A stretch of DNA of 64,000 bases from Firmicutes bacterium UBA5435. GTDB taxonomy: Bacteria > Bacillota > UBA5435. The notes below the pieces were generated by a model. The model did not search any database, had not been told where the DNA came from, and saw nothing but the letters and a program-made list of their open reading frames with translations. Shown here piece after piece: positions 30,801-41,014 of this stretch (positions are counted from its first letter, which is position 1; every line of letters begins with the position of its first letter). The DNA is taken from contig DIRN01000059.1 in the NCBI GenBank assembly GCA_002426645.1, forward strand, positions 821 to 64,820, given 5' to 3'. Made by a program: the position numbers and the translations under genes.

Positions 30801-33158
30801 TTGAGCAAACGCACGGGAAAATCAGGTAGTGGCGTTAAAGCGAAGACCACGTTACTTAATCTTCCGCCCTCTAAGCTTGTTGATGAAAAGACCCATTACG
30901 ATAGGGGTGTAAAGTCTGTAAAAGAGGGAAAGTATAATGACGCTATCTCTGAATTAGAGAAGGCAGTATATTTAAATCCCCATAATGAACTTTATAGAAA
31001 GACCTTAGGACAAGCTAATTTTCTTAATGGCATCTCTTTTTATAATAATGGGAAATTAAGTAATGCCATTGCTGGTTTCCGTAATGCCCTTCAAGTTGAC
31101 CCTTTTAATGCGTCGTATCTATACAATCTAGGATTAGCATATCATAAGAACAAAAACGTGGATAAAGCCATTGAAGCTTATACAAGAGCACTTAAGATAA
31201 TCCCTGATGATCCAGACCTGCGTTATCGTTCTGCTCTAGCATATTTAGATAAAGGAGATAGTAAGGCCGTTATCAGTCTTGCAGAAGAGGGTGTTAAAAG
31301 ATTTTCTGGCAGAAGAGACAGCTGGGTGTGGCAATGGCTCATTGCCATCTCCTATGCTATATCCGGAGAATGCAAAAGAGCCCTTAACCTCTTTAAAGAT
31401 ATCGAAGTAGAAGAGAATCTCTTTTCTTATGTTGATCACCCTTTGACAGCAAACTTTTTTTGGGGTATGGGACTTTTGAATTTAGAAGAGAATAACTATG
31501 AAGACGCAGAAAAATATCTTAGCGAATCATCACGCCTATTTGCAGATAATCCTATAGCTGACTACTATTATGGTCTTGCCCTTCTGGGTTCTGACAAGAT
31601 AGACGAAGCTGTCCTATACATGGAAAATGCTTTTGAGCAGGGACTTAATTCTATGGATGTGAGGCGTAATCTAACTAATGCCATGTATGAACTAGCTCTT
31701 CTATACGAAGAAAAGAGCGAAATGACAGAAGCACTTGAATTATTAGAAAGGGCATGGCAGATCTACCCGCAGTCTATTAAAGAAGCTCTCGTAAAAATAT
31801 ATTTTGAATTTGGACTGGCTTTAGCAAAAGAAGAAAAGTTTGATGAAGCTATTTTAGAGTGGTCTAAAATTGAAAAGATTGATCCTGATAATAATGATGC
31901 CCTTCATAATATAGCATTAGCATATGAGCGTATGGATATGCATGATAAGGCTAAACACTACTGGGAGAGAGCAATAAAGAATTGGAAGAAAGAACATCGT
32001 AGGAAAAAGAAGACAGGAGAAGATAGTGAAGTCGCACAGTACCTAGGAGTTGCCCATGCGCACCTGGCAAAGGATTTTATGAAAAAGAGCGAATTTGATA
32101 GAGCAGTCTATGAATATGAGCAAGCTGTGAAGTATCGTCCACACGATTCAGTTATTCGTTTGGAACTAGTAGATGTTGAATTCGCTAGAGGGAATGAAGA
32201 TAAGGCTAAAGATATACTAAAGGAAATGGTCAGTGAAGAACCGGCTAGTATTGATGCTTTAAAGAGATTAAGCGATATTTGTTCACAAGAAGGTAATATT
32301 GAAGCAGCAGTAGCATACATGGAAGATGTTGTTCACAGAGAACCTGATGACGCTAGAAACCGAATTATTCTAGCGAGGCAATACCTAACTTTAGTTGATG
32401 AACTCCTTAATTATGAGGACCATGATGATGCTATGCTTTATTTAGAGAAGGCGCGCGTTCTTGATCCAATAGAACCCAAGGTTTTTGTACTAATGGGGGT
32501 AATAAAGTTTATAAGAGCTTCAGCAGGTGGTCCAGGTAGTAGGAAGATGCGATCACAGGCTGAAGAGCTCTTTGAAGAAGCCATTTCTTTAAAACCAGGT
32601 GAAGTAGCCATCCCACTGGAAATAGGTGTACGTCTTATGGAAAGAGGGATAGAGAAAGTGGCTAGGGAATACTTAGATATGGCTTTAGAGGTGGAACCAC
32701 ATGATAAATATACCCTCTGGAATATTGGGAAGATTTATTTAGATAATGGTCACGATGTAATAGCATCTAAGTATTTTGAACGTATAGCTCAGCTTAGTGA
32801 TGATAAGGCTCAAGAGTATTTAAATATTGCTTCAAATTTGTATGTGAATGATGAATTTCACATAGCTATAAAATATTTTAACAAAGCACTTGAGTCACAA
32901 GATACCTCGCTTAGTGCTGAAGATGAAACTCATATTCATATTTGTTTATCCCATTGCTATCATGAGGAATACTTCTTTGATAACAGGGTCAGGAAAGAAT
33001 TGAATCTCGCGGCAGAATCTGTTAAGAGAATAGAAGACATAGGTACTAGGCTTAAATTGACTGAGTATATAAACGCACAAAGAGAATTGCTGGACTTCCT
33101 CTTTTTTCAACGTATAAAAGGCGGTGATGTTTTTGGCTTCGATGAAGAGCCCATTTGA
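30801..33158 (+). CDS. Tetratricopeptide-repeat (TPR) protein, 785 aa
   Basis: Many 34-residue units of the ...A...Y..AL...P.. type run throughout (e.g. [30 protein letters not shown]). TTG start at 30801 with a GAGGAG RBS. Confidence 0.8.
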   Translation: MSKRTGKSGSGVKAKTTLLNLPPSKLVDEKTHYDRGVKSVKEGKYNDAISELEKAVYLNPHNELYRKTLGQANFLNGISFYNNGKLSNAIAGFRNALQVDPFNASYLYNLGLAYHKNKNVDKAIEAYTRALKIIPDDPDLRYRSALAYLDKGDSKAVISLAEEGVKRFSGRRDSWVWQWLIAISYAISGECKRALNLFKDIEVEENLFSYVDHPLTANFFWGMGLLNLEENNYEDAEKYLSESSRLFADNPIADYYYGLALLGSDKIDEAVLYMENAFEQGLNSMDVRRNLTNAMYELALLYEEKSEMTEALELLERAWQIYPQSIKEALVKIYFEFGLALAKEEKFDEAILEWSKIEKIDPDNNDALHNIALAYERMDMHDKAKHYWERAIKNWKKEHRRKKKTGEDSEVAQYLGVAHAHLAKDFMKKSEFDRAVYEYEQAVKYRPHDSVIRLELVDVEFARGNEDKAKDILKEMVSEEPASIDALKRLSDICSQEGNIEAAVAYMEDVVHREPDDARNRIILARQYLTLVDELLNYEDHDDAMLYLEKARVLDPIEPKVFVLMGVIKFIRASAGGPGSRKMRSQAEELFEEAISLKPGEVAIPLEIGVRLMERGIEKVAREYLDMALEVEPHDKYTLWNIGKIYLDNGHDVIASKYFERIAQLSDDKAQEYLNIASNLYVNDEFHIAIKYFNKALESQDTSLSAEDETHIHICLSHCYHEEYFFDNRVRKELNLAAESVKRIEDIGTRLKLTEYINAQRELLDFLFFQRIKGGDVFGFDEEPI

Positions 33159-33477
33159 GGTTTTAGGTATTGACAAGTCTGCTTCAGATAAAGAAGTAAA
33201 AAATGCCTATTTTAAACTGGTAAAGACCTTTAATCCTGAGAGACATGGTGAGAAATTCAAAGAGATACGTGAGGCGTATGAAATACTCAGAGACGAGGAA
33301 AAGCGCTTGCAGTTAACGATCTTTGAATTTGTTGATCCTTATACTGATTCAGAAGAACCGCATAAAGATTTGAAATATAATTTTGAATTTAAGCTCACAT
33401 CTAAACTTATGATACTCGATGAAGAGCTTGTAGATTTCGGAGATGAGTTTTGGCAAAGAAAGAGAGCTAAAGTTTAA
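33124..33477 (+). CDS. J-domain-like protein with a non-canonical HPD motif (NPE). The likely start is the ATG at 33142.
   Basis: [53 protein letters not shown] follows J-domain helix II/III architecture. NPE sits where the invariant HPD is expected. It overlaps the TPR gene end. Confidence 0.6.
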   Translation: MMFLASMKSPFEVLGIDKSASDKEVKNAYFKLVKTFNPERHGEKFKEIREAYEILRDEEKRLQLTIFEFVDPYTDSEEPHKDLKYNFEFKLTSKLMILDEELVDFGDEFWQRKRAKV

Positions 33478-33498
33478 CGGTGAGGAGATACATTCAGT

Positions 33499-34323
33499 AT
33501 GTTATGGTTATTTGGTAAAAGATCTAAAAGGAATGATGATAGCGAGAGCGAACTAACTCTCAGGATACAGAAGACTGAGGATACCATAAAAGAGTTTGCT
33601 CAGAGTTTAGAGAGGACAAGTGAAGAACTAACAGCTTCAGTTAACGCACTTAAAGAAAACTTTCTTTCGGATAAAGAAAGCCTTGTTAATGTGCAAGGTG
33701 AACTAAAGCGATTAGGTAAAGTCCAGTTTAAAAGCAATAATCTCATGGAAATGAATCATGATCTCACAGATAAGGCTCTGGGGACTCTTAAGAAGGCTAT
33801 TGAACAGAGAGAACGTCAATTTACAGCTTTTGGAGAGGAGATGGAGACAAGGATTAAGAGGGAGAGCCTCTTATTTGCATTAGAAGATCTCTTTGCTATA
33901 GCTGCTAGTCTCCAGGAATGCATTGATATGATGGAAAAAGAGATTAAAGAAGGTGGAACGCTGAGTGCTTCATGGATTACTGGATTGAAAAGAGTACGCG
34001 AACGAGTTATGCGTGTGCTAAAGAGTCTAGATGTTGAACCTATTCCAGTAGTGGGGATACCCTTTGATCCTAATCTTCATATAGCTATAGATATTGTAGA
34101 GACATGTGATGTGTCAGAGAATACTATAGTAGCTGAATATACCACAGGATATACTATGAATGGAAAGATTTTACGTCATGCTGAGGTTGGAGTAGCTAAG
34201 ACTCCGCAAGATGATAAAGAAACTTCTTGGAGACGTGAGTCACGCAGGTGGCGCCGGCATAGACGAATTGCTTGGGCGAAGATGCGAAGTAACCGCAAAA
34301 GCAGAGCACGAGAAGATAATTAA
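33499..34323 (+). CDS. GrpE-like nucleotide-exchange factor with an Arg-rich C-terminal tail
   Basis: A long N-terminal coiled-coil-like region is followed by the GrpE C-domain signature (VGIPFDPNLHIAID...VAEYTTGYTMNGKILRHAEVGVAK). Confidence 0.7.
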   Translation: MLWLFGKRSKRNDDSESELTLRIQKTEDTIKEFAQSLERTSEELTASVNALKENFLSDKESLVNVQGELKRLGKVQFKSNNLMEMNHDLTDKALGTLKKAIEQRERQFTAFGEEMETRIKRESLLFALEDLFAIAASLQECIDMMEKEIKEGGTLSASWITGLKRVRERVMRVLKSLDVEPIPVVGIPFDPNLHIAIDIVETCDVSENTIVAEYTTGYTMNGKILRHAEVGVAKTPQDDKETSWRRESRRWRRHRRIAWAKMRSNRKSRAREDN

Positions 34324-34351
34324 TATGTAATATGGAAGGGAGAAGTACTCA

Positions 34352-36070
34352 GTGAGTCGAACAATTGGTATTGATCTCGGTACTACAAATTCTGTTGTCA
34401 GCGTAATACAGGATGGCAAACCCATAATAATCTCCTATGAAAACGAGAAGATACTACCGTCAGTAGTTGGAATAGGACCAGATGGTAAGTTGCTTATTGG
34501 TACCCCAGCTAGAAACCAGTATGTTTTGAAACCAGAAGATACGATTAGGTCTATAAAGCGGGAGATGGGAACAGCAAAGAAGGTCTCAATGGGTGGAAAA
34601 GAGTATACGCCTCAGGAGATCTCAGCTTTTATACTGAGAGAACTTAAGCGGAGAGCTGAAGAACATTTAGGGGAGCCAGTAGAAAGGTGTGCTATAACTG
34701 TACCTGCATATTTTTCTGATGCGCAAAGGCAAGCTACTAAAGATGCTGGGGAGATCGCTGGCATGGATGTAGCTAGAATAATTAATGAGCCTACAGCTGC
34801 TGCTCTAGCCTATGGATTAGATAAAGAAGAGGAACAGAAGGTCCTTGTCTATGATCTAGGTGGAGGAACATTTGATGTGTCCCTAGTTGAGATCAATTCA
34901 GGTGTAATTGAGGTCATTTCAACCCATGGGAATAATAAGCTGGGCGGAGATGACTTCGATGAGAGGATCGTAGAGCGACTCCTTGAATACTTTAAAGACG
35001 AGCATGGTATAGACCTTGCCCAAGATCGTAAAGCTATGGCAAGATTAACGAGAGCAGCTGAACGTAGTAAAATCCTCCTTTCGGATAGACCTTATGCTAG
35101 GATCCAAGAGGAATTTATAGCAAGTAAAAAAGGTAGACCTATTAACCTAGATTATGAACTCTCTAGAAGCGAATTTGAATCTCTTATAGCAGATTTGATC
35201 GACTCTACTAAAGAATCGGTAGATATTGTTTTAAAAGATGGTAACATAAAACCTAATGACATAGATAAAGTTTTGCTTGTGGGTGGATCAACTCGTATCC
35301 CTGCTGTACGACGTCTCATTACAGATATATTTATGGAAGCAGCACCTTCTGCAGCTGTAAATCCAGATGAATGTGTTGCACTAGGCGCGGCTGTACAGGG
35401 AGGCATAATAGATGGAGAAGAATCTATAGAAGCTATTCTTGTTGACGTGACTCCTTATTCATTGGGTATAGCTGTTCTTTACCGTGAATATGGTCTGAGT
35501 ATACCTGATTATTATAGTGTCCTCATACCTAGAAATACTGCTATACCTACATCAAAAGCAGATGTATTTACAACTAGCTATGATGATCAAGATGCCGTAG
35601 ATATAAAGGTATACCAAGGAGAACACGCTATAGCATCTCAGAATGTCTTGCTCGGAGAATTTGAACTTGGAGATATACCTTCAGCCCCAGCAGGAGTTCC
35701 TAAGATCATAGTCACCTTTGATTATGACGTAAATGGAATAGTCAATGTAAGTGCTAAGAATAAAGATACTGGCGCTGAACAGAAGATCGTGATTACTAAT
35801 GCTGCTGAAAGGATGAGCGAATATCAGAAGGATATAGCTATAAGTAGGGCAGACGAACTTTGGGATGAGGAAGATAAGATGGAACTTACATCAATTAGAG
35901 CACTTATAAGAAAGACGAAAGAGCTTATAGAAGAGATAGATTTAGAAAACGCAGAGGGACTTGAGGATCTAATTGATGAACTAGAAGATGCTATAGATAG
36001 TCGGGATATAAAGACCGTACTTCAAACTTCAGAAGAGTTGGAAGACCTACTTTATGAGCTAGAGATTTAA
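34352..36070 (+). CDS. Hsp70-family chaperone paralog (DnaK/HscC-like) with an acidic C-terminal tail
   Basis: Nucleotide-binding-domain motifs IGIDLGTTNSVV, DLGGGTFDVSL and VLLVGGSTRIP. Linker VDVTPYSLGI. Substrate-binding domain LIPRNTAIPTSKADVFTT. GTG start at 34352. Confidence 0.9.
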   Translation: MSRTIGIDLGTTNSVVSVIQDGKPIIISYENEKILPSVVGIGPDGKLLIGTPARNQYVLKPEDTIRSIKREMGTAKKVSMGGKEYTPQEISAFILRELKRRAEEHLGEPVERCAITVPAYFSDAQRQATKDAGEIAGMDVARIINEPTAAALAYGLDKEEEQKVLVYDLGGGTFDVSLVEINSGVIEVISTHGNNKLGGDDFDERIVERLLEYFKDEHGIDLAQDRKAMARLTRAAERSKILLSDRPYARIQEEFIASKKGRPINLDYELSRSEFESLIADLIDSTKESVDIVLKDGNIKPNDIDKVLLVGGSTRIPAVRRLITDIFMEAAPSAAVNPDECVALGAAVQGGIIDGEESIEAILVDVTPYSLGIAVLYREYGLSIPDYYSVLIPRNTAIPTSKADVFTTSYDDQDAVDIKVYQGEHAIASQNVLLGEFELGDIPSAPAGVPKIIVTFDYDVNGIVNVSAKNKDTGAEQKIVITNAAERMSEYQKDIAISRADELWDEEDKMELTSIRALIRKTKELIEEIDLENAEGLEDLIDELEDAIDSRDIKTVLQTSEELEDLLYELEI

Positions 36071-36152
36071 TCTTTCTTGGTAATTGTGCCTGTGGAGAAT
36101 CTTCCATAGGCTTTTGAATAATTAGATACCCAATTAAAAGGAGCGACATATA

Positions 36153-37346
36153 GTGAGAATACTTCATACTTCTGACTGGCATATAGGAAGAAAACTTTAT
36201 GATTATTCTTTAATAAATGAGCATGAGAAGTTTCTTGATTGGCTCCTTACATGTATTAAAGATGAAGGGATCGATCTTCTTGTAGTTGCAGGCGATATAT
36301 TTGATTCAGCGGTTCCAGCTGGGATTGTAACAGACCTTTATTATAAGTTTCTCTATAGACTCTTTTCTCAGACCAACGCCTCAGCTATTATAATCGCAGG
36401 GAATCATGATTCCCCTACCAGACTTGGAGCGCCAAAGGAATTTCTTAAACTTGCCCGTATTCATGTTTTGGGCTCTCTACCTAATAATATAGACGAATGT
36501 GTTATAAAGGTAGGAACCCATGAGGAGATGGTTTGCCTGGTTGCCTTGCCATATGTACCTGAGGGGGAACTCATACCTCATATCTCATTTGAAAAAGAGA
36601 TAGAAACTTCTCGTAGGTATCGTAAGGCCATAAAAGAGTGCTATCAAAGGTGTATCAACTCTATCTCAGAGGACCTCCCTAAGATTTTAATGGGTCACTT
36701 CTTCCTTCAAGGTGGAGAAATAGGCGAATCAGAGAGAGTTATAAATATTGGCGGTACAGAACCTGTGTGTACAGGAGATCTTCCAGAGGGATTAACTTAT
36801 GGTGCTCTCGGACACCTTCATCGTCCTCAGATAATATCAGATACCTCATATCCTCTAGTCTATTCTGGTTCTCCACTTCCTATGACCTTTAGAGAAGCCT
36901 TGCACGATAAATACGTTTACGTCTTAGATACTAATTCGCCATTATCCCCCAAACCAATAAAGCTCCCTAAGTTCAGGGAATTAAAGAGAGTCAGTGGAAC
37001 TCTAAGGGAGATATTACGTTTATGTGAAAAAGGCGATTTCATGGGAACTTTAGTAGAAGCTACCTTGATCATTGATGAGCCAGTAATAGGGGCAGCTGAT
37101 ATTATTAGGCAAGCCTTTCATGAGAAGGGCGCTTCAGTCCTATCAATTCAAGCCAGGTTACTGGATACTAAAGATGATGTTGAATTCGCAGATTTCAATG
37201 ATTTAGCTGTAAGGCTCCCAGATGAGATCTTTAAAGAGTTTTATATGACTAAATATGATGGAAAGCTCCCTGATTCTAAATTGTTAAATACCTTTATAGA
37301 GCTTCTGAAATTGGTGGAAGAAAGAAGGGGTGAGGGAGAAGCATGA
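36153..37346 (+). CDS. sbcD: DNA double-strand-break repair nuclease SbcD (Mre11-like)
   Basis: MRILHTSDWHIG...LLVVAGDIFD...IIAGNHD phosphoesterase motifs. Confidence 0.9.
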   Translation: MRILHTSDWHIGRKLYDYSLINEHEKFLDWLLTCIKDEGIDLLVVAGDIFDSAVPAGIVTDLYYKFLYRLFSQTNASAIIIAGNHDSPTRLGAPKEFLKLARIHVLGSLPNNIDECVIKVGTHEEMVCLVALPYVPEGELIPHISFEKEIETSRRYRKAIKECYQRCINSISEDLPKILMGHFFLQGGEIGESERVINIGGTEPVCTGDLPEGLTYGALGHLHRPQIISDTSYPLVYSGSPLPMTFREALHDKYVYVLDTNSPLSPKPIKLPKFRELKRVSGTLREILRLCEKGDFMGTLVEATLIIDEPVIGAADIIRQAFHEKGASVLSIQARLLDTKDDVEFADFNDLAVRLPDEIFKEFYMTKYDGKLPDSKLLNTFIELLKLVEERRGEGEA

Positions 37347-40300
37347 GACTTCTAAGGCTTAGACTAAAAAACTTAAATAGTTTCAAGAAAGGCATAGAAT
37401 TGGACTTTCTGGAGAGCCCATTGAAAGAGGCATCCTTATTTGCAATAACTGGTCCTACTGGGTCGGGAAAGACTACCCTTTTAGACGCCATATGCGTTGC
37501 TATCTTTGGGAAAACACCTAGATTAGACGGAAAGGGTAACCAAAACCCTCAGAATCTTCTTACTCAAGGCAAGGATGAGGGGTTTGCTGAGGTCATTTTT
37601 GAAGCGAATGGGAATAGGTATCTCTCTGAATGGCGTGTAAAGAGGAACTCTAAAGGTGATACTACTAGCGATATGAAGCTGGCGGATTTTGATACTGGTG
37701 ATTTAATAACCAACAAGAAGAGAGATATTGAGAACGAGATTGAAGGGATTCTAGGCCTTAAGTATGATGCCTTTCTTCGCTCTATAATGTTAGCTCAGGG
37801 TAACTTTGAAGCCTTCTTAAAAGCTAAAGCAGATGAGAAACGCCAGATCCTTGAGAAAGTAACAGGGATGGAGATCTATGAAGAAATGAAAGAGGCCTTA
37901 AATAATAAGGTTAAAGAGGTCGAAAAAGCATTCATAGACGAAAGATCTATCTTAGACAAGATACCTCAAGCTAGCTCAGAAGAGATCAAAGAGTTGGATA
38001 AGGTTCTTGAAGAATTAGAACTTGCCTTAAAGGAAAGTTCTAAACGTCAAGGTGAGATAGAGAAAGAACGAAAATATGCTCTCCGTCGCCAGGAGAACTT
38101 TGAAAATATGGTTGCACTAGATAGCCAATTAAAGAAACTTGATAGTGAGAAAGAATATTATCGTAAATTAACAGATGAATTGAGAGTAGCTGAGGCTGCG
38201 GGGAATATAAGAACGGAAATGGAGCAGTACCTCTCCTATCAGAAAGAGTTGCAGGAAAGAGAAGATATTTTTGCAAAGGCAAAAAAAGATGCAGCAGATG
38301 CGTTAGAGAAGAAAAAAGCTAGTGAGGCTGACTTTACTAGAGCAGTAAGCACATATGAAGAGTTCTTAAAGATCCGAGATGAACGTTTGTCCGAGATTGA
38401 TGAAGCATTTAAAGAAGAGATACAAGCTAATGAACGGCAAGAACAAGCTGCTCTTTTAAAGAAAGATGCAGAGGAGATCCAAAAAGAGATAAATCATTTG
38501 ACTAGCGCTATTGAGGGATATAATAAATCTATAATAGAGATGGAAGATAAGAAGGCTAAATGTGAAGATATTATAGCTAAAAGTATTCTACCTGCTGAGC
38601 CTAGGAAAGTACTAGCTAAGTTACAATCAGGATATAGCATACTCTCTGAAAAGATAAAGACATACAATGAGAGGATAGAGTCGAAGGTTTCTATTGAGAA
38701 GAAACTGATATCAGAAGAAGAAACCTTAGAGACCTTTCTAAAGGATAAGGAAACTGAGTGCCTGGAGATATCTAAAATCACGAAAAGAGCCGAGGATCTT
38801 AAAGCTGAAACTGAAGGGATCTTAAATGGGGAAACATTATCCTATTGGAAAGAACGCCACGAGGCTCTGCACAGTGCTACATCACTCTGTTCTGAGTATC
38901 AGATTAAAGTTTTGGATCTTGCAAATAAAGAAGAGGAAGTCACACGCCTTGATGAAGCTATTAAGTTAAAGAGCAAAGAACGTAATGGATTAAGTGACGA
39001 TTTTCATGAACTAACTATCACTTTAAATAGTATGGAGGGGGAAAGGGAGAATCTTAAAGCAGAACTTAAGGAACTTGAACTAACTGACTTAGCGGGTATT
39101 TTAAGGCGTGATTTTTTACAAGAGGACAAACCATGTCCTGTTTGCGGCTCTAAAGAACACCCTATGAGTGAGGTCGCAGTTACATGTGATGAAGATTTAC
39201 GTAAAGTGACCCTAGAACTTCGAGAGAAGTTGGGGCTCCTTGATGAAAGGATACAGACTTATCGGGAAGAGAATGCTAAAAGAGAACAGCGTATCTCAGA
39301 TCTAAAGTCTGAGATTTCTAAGATGCATGAGGATAAGATCAAGATAGTCCAGAGTAGAGATGAATTAAAGGAGGCATTATCCGTTATAAGTGAGAAGTGG
39401 GGGGCTATATTCTTAAAGTCTCCTATAGACCAAAAGGTAATAACTCAAGAGATAACTAAGGTTAAAGGTATAATAGATGGGTATAACGGACTCCTTCAGG
39501 AAGTTAAAGATGAGGAAGGTAATATAAGGGTTTTAGAAGAGAGGGTGAAAAGATACGAAGATAGCATTGAAAAAGCCTCTGCCCAAATTAAAGATTTCAA
39601 GAATCAAGTGGCCACTTTAAGTGAAGCAATACTTACCTCGGAAGGAGAGGTAAAGAGTCTTCAAGAAGAAATGTTAGATGCTATCCCAGCGGACTTGCGG
39701 GACCTGAAAATGGAGGAAGCGCTATATAAATTTGAAAGAGCAATAGAAGAGGTTGAAAAGGCTGGGAAGCAATTATCTGTTTATGAAAGAGATTTGGAAA
39801 ACTTAAAGAATAAGCTTGAAGTCGATAAAAATCTTCTCTCTGTTAAGAACGAGGAATATAATAAGAAGATGAAAACATCTGAAGCTTTAGCAGAGGAGGG
39901 ACAGAATCTTCTGTTAAAGGCATGCCAAAAGACTGGTGGTTTGAAGGCTATAGATGCTAAGGGACGTTTAGAAGAAAGGGCTCGTACTCTAAGTCGGATA
40001 AAAGAAGAGGAGGGAAAGGCATTCGAGAACCTCAGTAATTTATCCACTCATGCTCAAGCCATCCTACAAGGGGCCGACAGCAACTTAATTAAAGCTAAAG
40101 AATGGTTTAAAAAGAGCCAAGAACTATATATTGCTGGCCTAAAGAAGCAAGGCTTTTCTACAATTGAAGAGCATAGGAATGCATTAAAGCCCCATGAGTG
40201 GCGAGAAGATGCGCGAAGGGAGATCCAGAACTTTCAGGATAATTATAATACTCTTATGAAGCAGATAGAGGAATTAAAAAAGACCTTTGAGGAGGAAGAG

Positions 40301-40963
40301 TATGATCCCAATAAGCTGCCTGCTATTGAAGGTGCTTTGCGGGAGTTAACTGAAAGTATTGCAGAGTTTCTTAAGAGGCGTGGTGCCGTGGAAAAAGATA
40401 AACAGAATAAACTTGAAGTGCTAGCGATGCGTAGGAAGCAGGAGGAAGCAGTTAAGGTTGCACAAAATGAATTTGAGCGTTGGTCCCGCTTACAGGAGAC
40501 AATACCTGCTAATACTTTACGGGATTTTGCCTTAAGGATGACATTTGATACGTTGATTCGTTTTGCTAATAAACAACTCTTTGATTTAACGCACAGATAC
40601 CGTTTAAAGGTCAGTGATATGAGGGATATGGTAGTCCTCGATCTGTGGAATGCTGGTGAAGAGAGGCCTGTTGAGACTTTATCAGGTGGGGAGAGCTTCT
40701 TAACCAGTCTATCTCTGGCTTTAGCTTTGACAGAGATGAGTCAAGGTTCAGCTAGCTTAAGGTCGCTTTTCTTAGATGAAGGCTTTGGTACCCTAGACGC
40801 AGAGACGTTAGATACTGCCCTTTCAGCCCTTGAAGGCCTCCGTTCGAGAGGAAGGACCATTGGGCTAATAAGTCACGTACAGGAGCTTACACGTAGGGTT
40901 CCTGTACAGATCAGAGTTAAACGCCTTGGTAATGGTTCGTCAGATATAGAAGTCCGCGGATAA
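37343..40963 (+). CDS. sbcC: DNA repair ATPase SbcC (Rad50-like)
   Basis: Walker A ITGPTGSGKTTLLDAI. Long coiled coil with a CPVCG zinc hook. C-terminal LSGGESFLTSLSLALAL signature and DEGFGTLD D-loop. Confidence 0.9.
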   Translation: MRLLRLRLKNLNSFKKGIELDFLESPLKEASLFAITGPTGSGKTTLLDAICVAIFGKTPRLDGKGNQNPQNLLTQGKDEGFAEVIFEANGNRYLSEWRVKRNSKGDTTSDMKLADFDTGDLITNKKRDIENEIEGILGLKYDAFLRSIMLAQGNFEAFLKAKADEKRQILEKVTGMEIYEEMKEALNNKVKEVEKAFIDERSILDKIPQASSEEIKELDKVLEELELALKESSKRQGEIEKERKYALRRQENFENMVALDSQLKKLDSEKEYYRKLTDELRVAEAAGNIRTEMEQYLSYQKELQEREDIFAKAKKDAADALEKKKASEADFTRAVSTYEEFLKIRDERLSEIDEAFKEEIQANERQEQAALLKKDAEEIQKEINHLTSAIEGYNKSIIEMEDKKAKCEDIIAKSILPAEPRKVLAKLQSGYSILSEKIKTYNERIESKVSIEKKLISEEETLETFLKDKETECLEISKITKRAEDLKAETEGILNGETLSYWKERHEALHSATSLCSEYQIKVLDLANKEEEVTRLDEAIKLKSKERNGLSDDFHELTITLNSMEGERENLKAELKELELTDLAGILRRDFLQEDKPCPVCGSKEHPMSEVAVTCDEDLRKVTLELREKLGLLDERIQTYREENAKREQRISDLKSEISKMHEDKIKIVQSRDELKEALSVISEKWGAIFLKSPIDQKVITQEITKVKGIIDGYNGLLQEVKDEEGNIRVLEERVKRYEDSIEKASAQIKDFKNQVATLSEAILTSEGEVKSLQEEMLDAIPADLRDLKMEEALYKFERAIEEVEKAGKQLSVYERDLENLKNKLEVDKNLLSVKNEEYNKKMKTSEALAEEGQNLLLKACQKTGGLKAIDAKGRLEERARTLSRIKEEEGKAFENLSNLSTHAQAILQGADSNLIKAKEWFKKSQELYIAGLKKQGFSTIEEHRNALKPHEWREDARREIQNFQDNYNTLMKQIEELKKTFEEEEYDPNKLPAIEGALRELTESIAEFLKRRGAVEKDKQNKLEVLAMRRKQEEAVKVAQNEFERWSRLQETIPANTLRDFALRMTFDTLIRFANKQLFDLTHRYRLKVSDMRDMVVLDLWNAGEERPVETLSGGESFLTSLSLALALTEMSQGSASLRSLFLDEGFGTLDAETLDTALSALEGLRSRGRTIGLISHVQELTRRVPVQIRVKRLGNGSSDIEVRG

Positions 40964-40977
40964 TTAATCTTTACTAT

Positions 40978-41002
40978 AAAGGGAAGAGCGTATCTTCCCT
41001 TT
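40978..41002. terminator. Bidirectional terminator hairpin between convergent sbcC and the oxidoreductase gene
   Basis: aaagggaaga gcgta tcttcccttt forms a 10-bp stem, flanked by T-rich sequence on one side and A-rich sequence on the other. Confidence 0.5.
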
Positions 41003-41014
41003 ATATAGATATAA

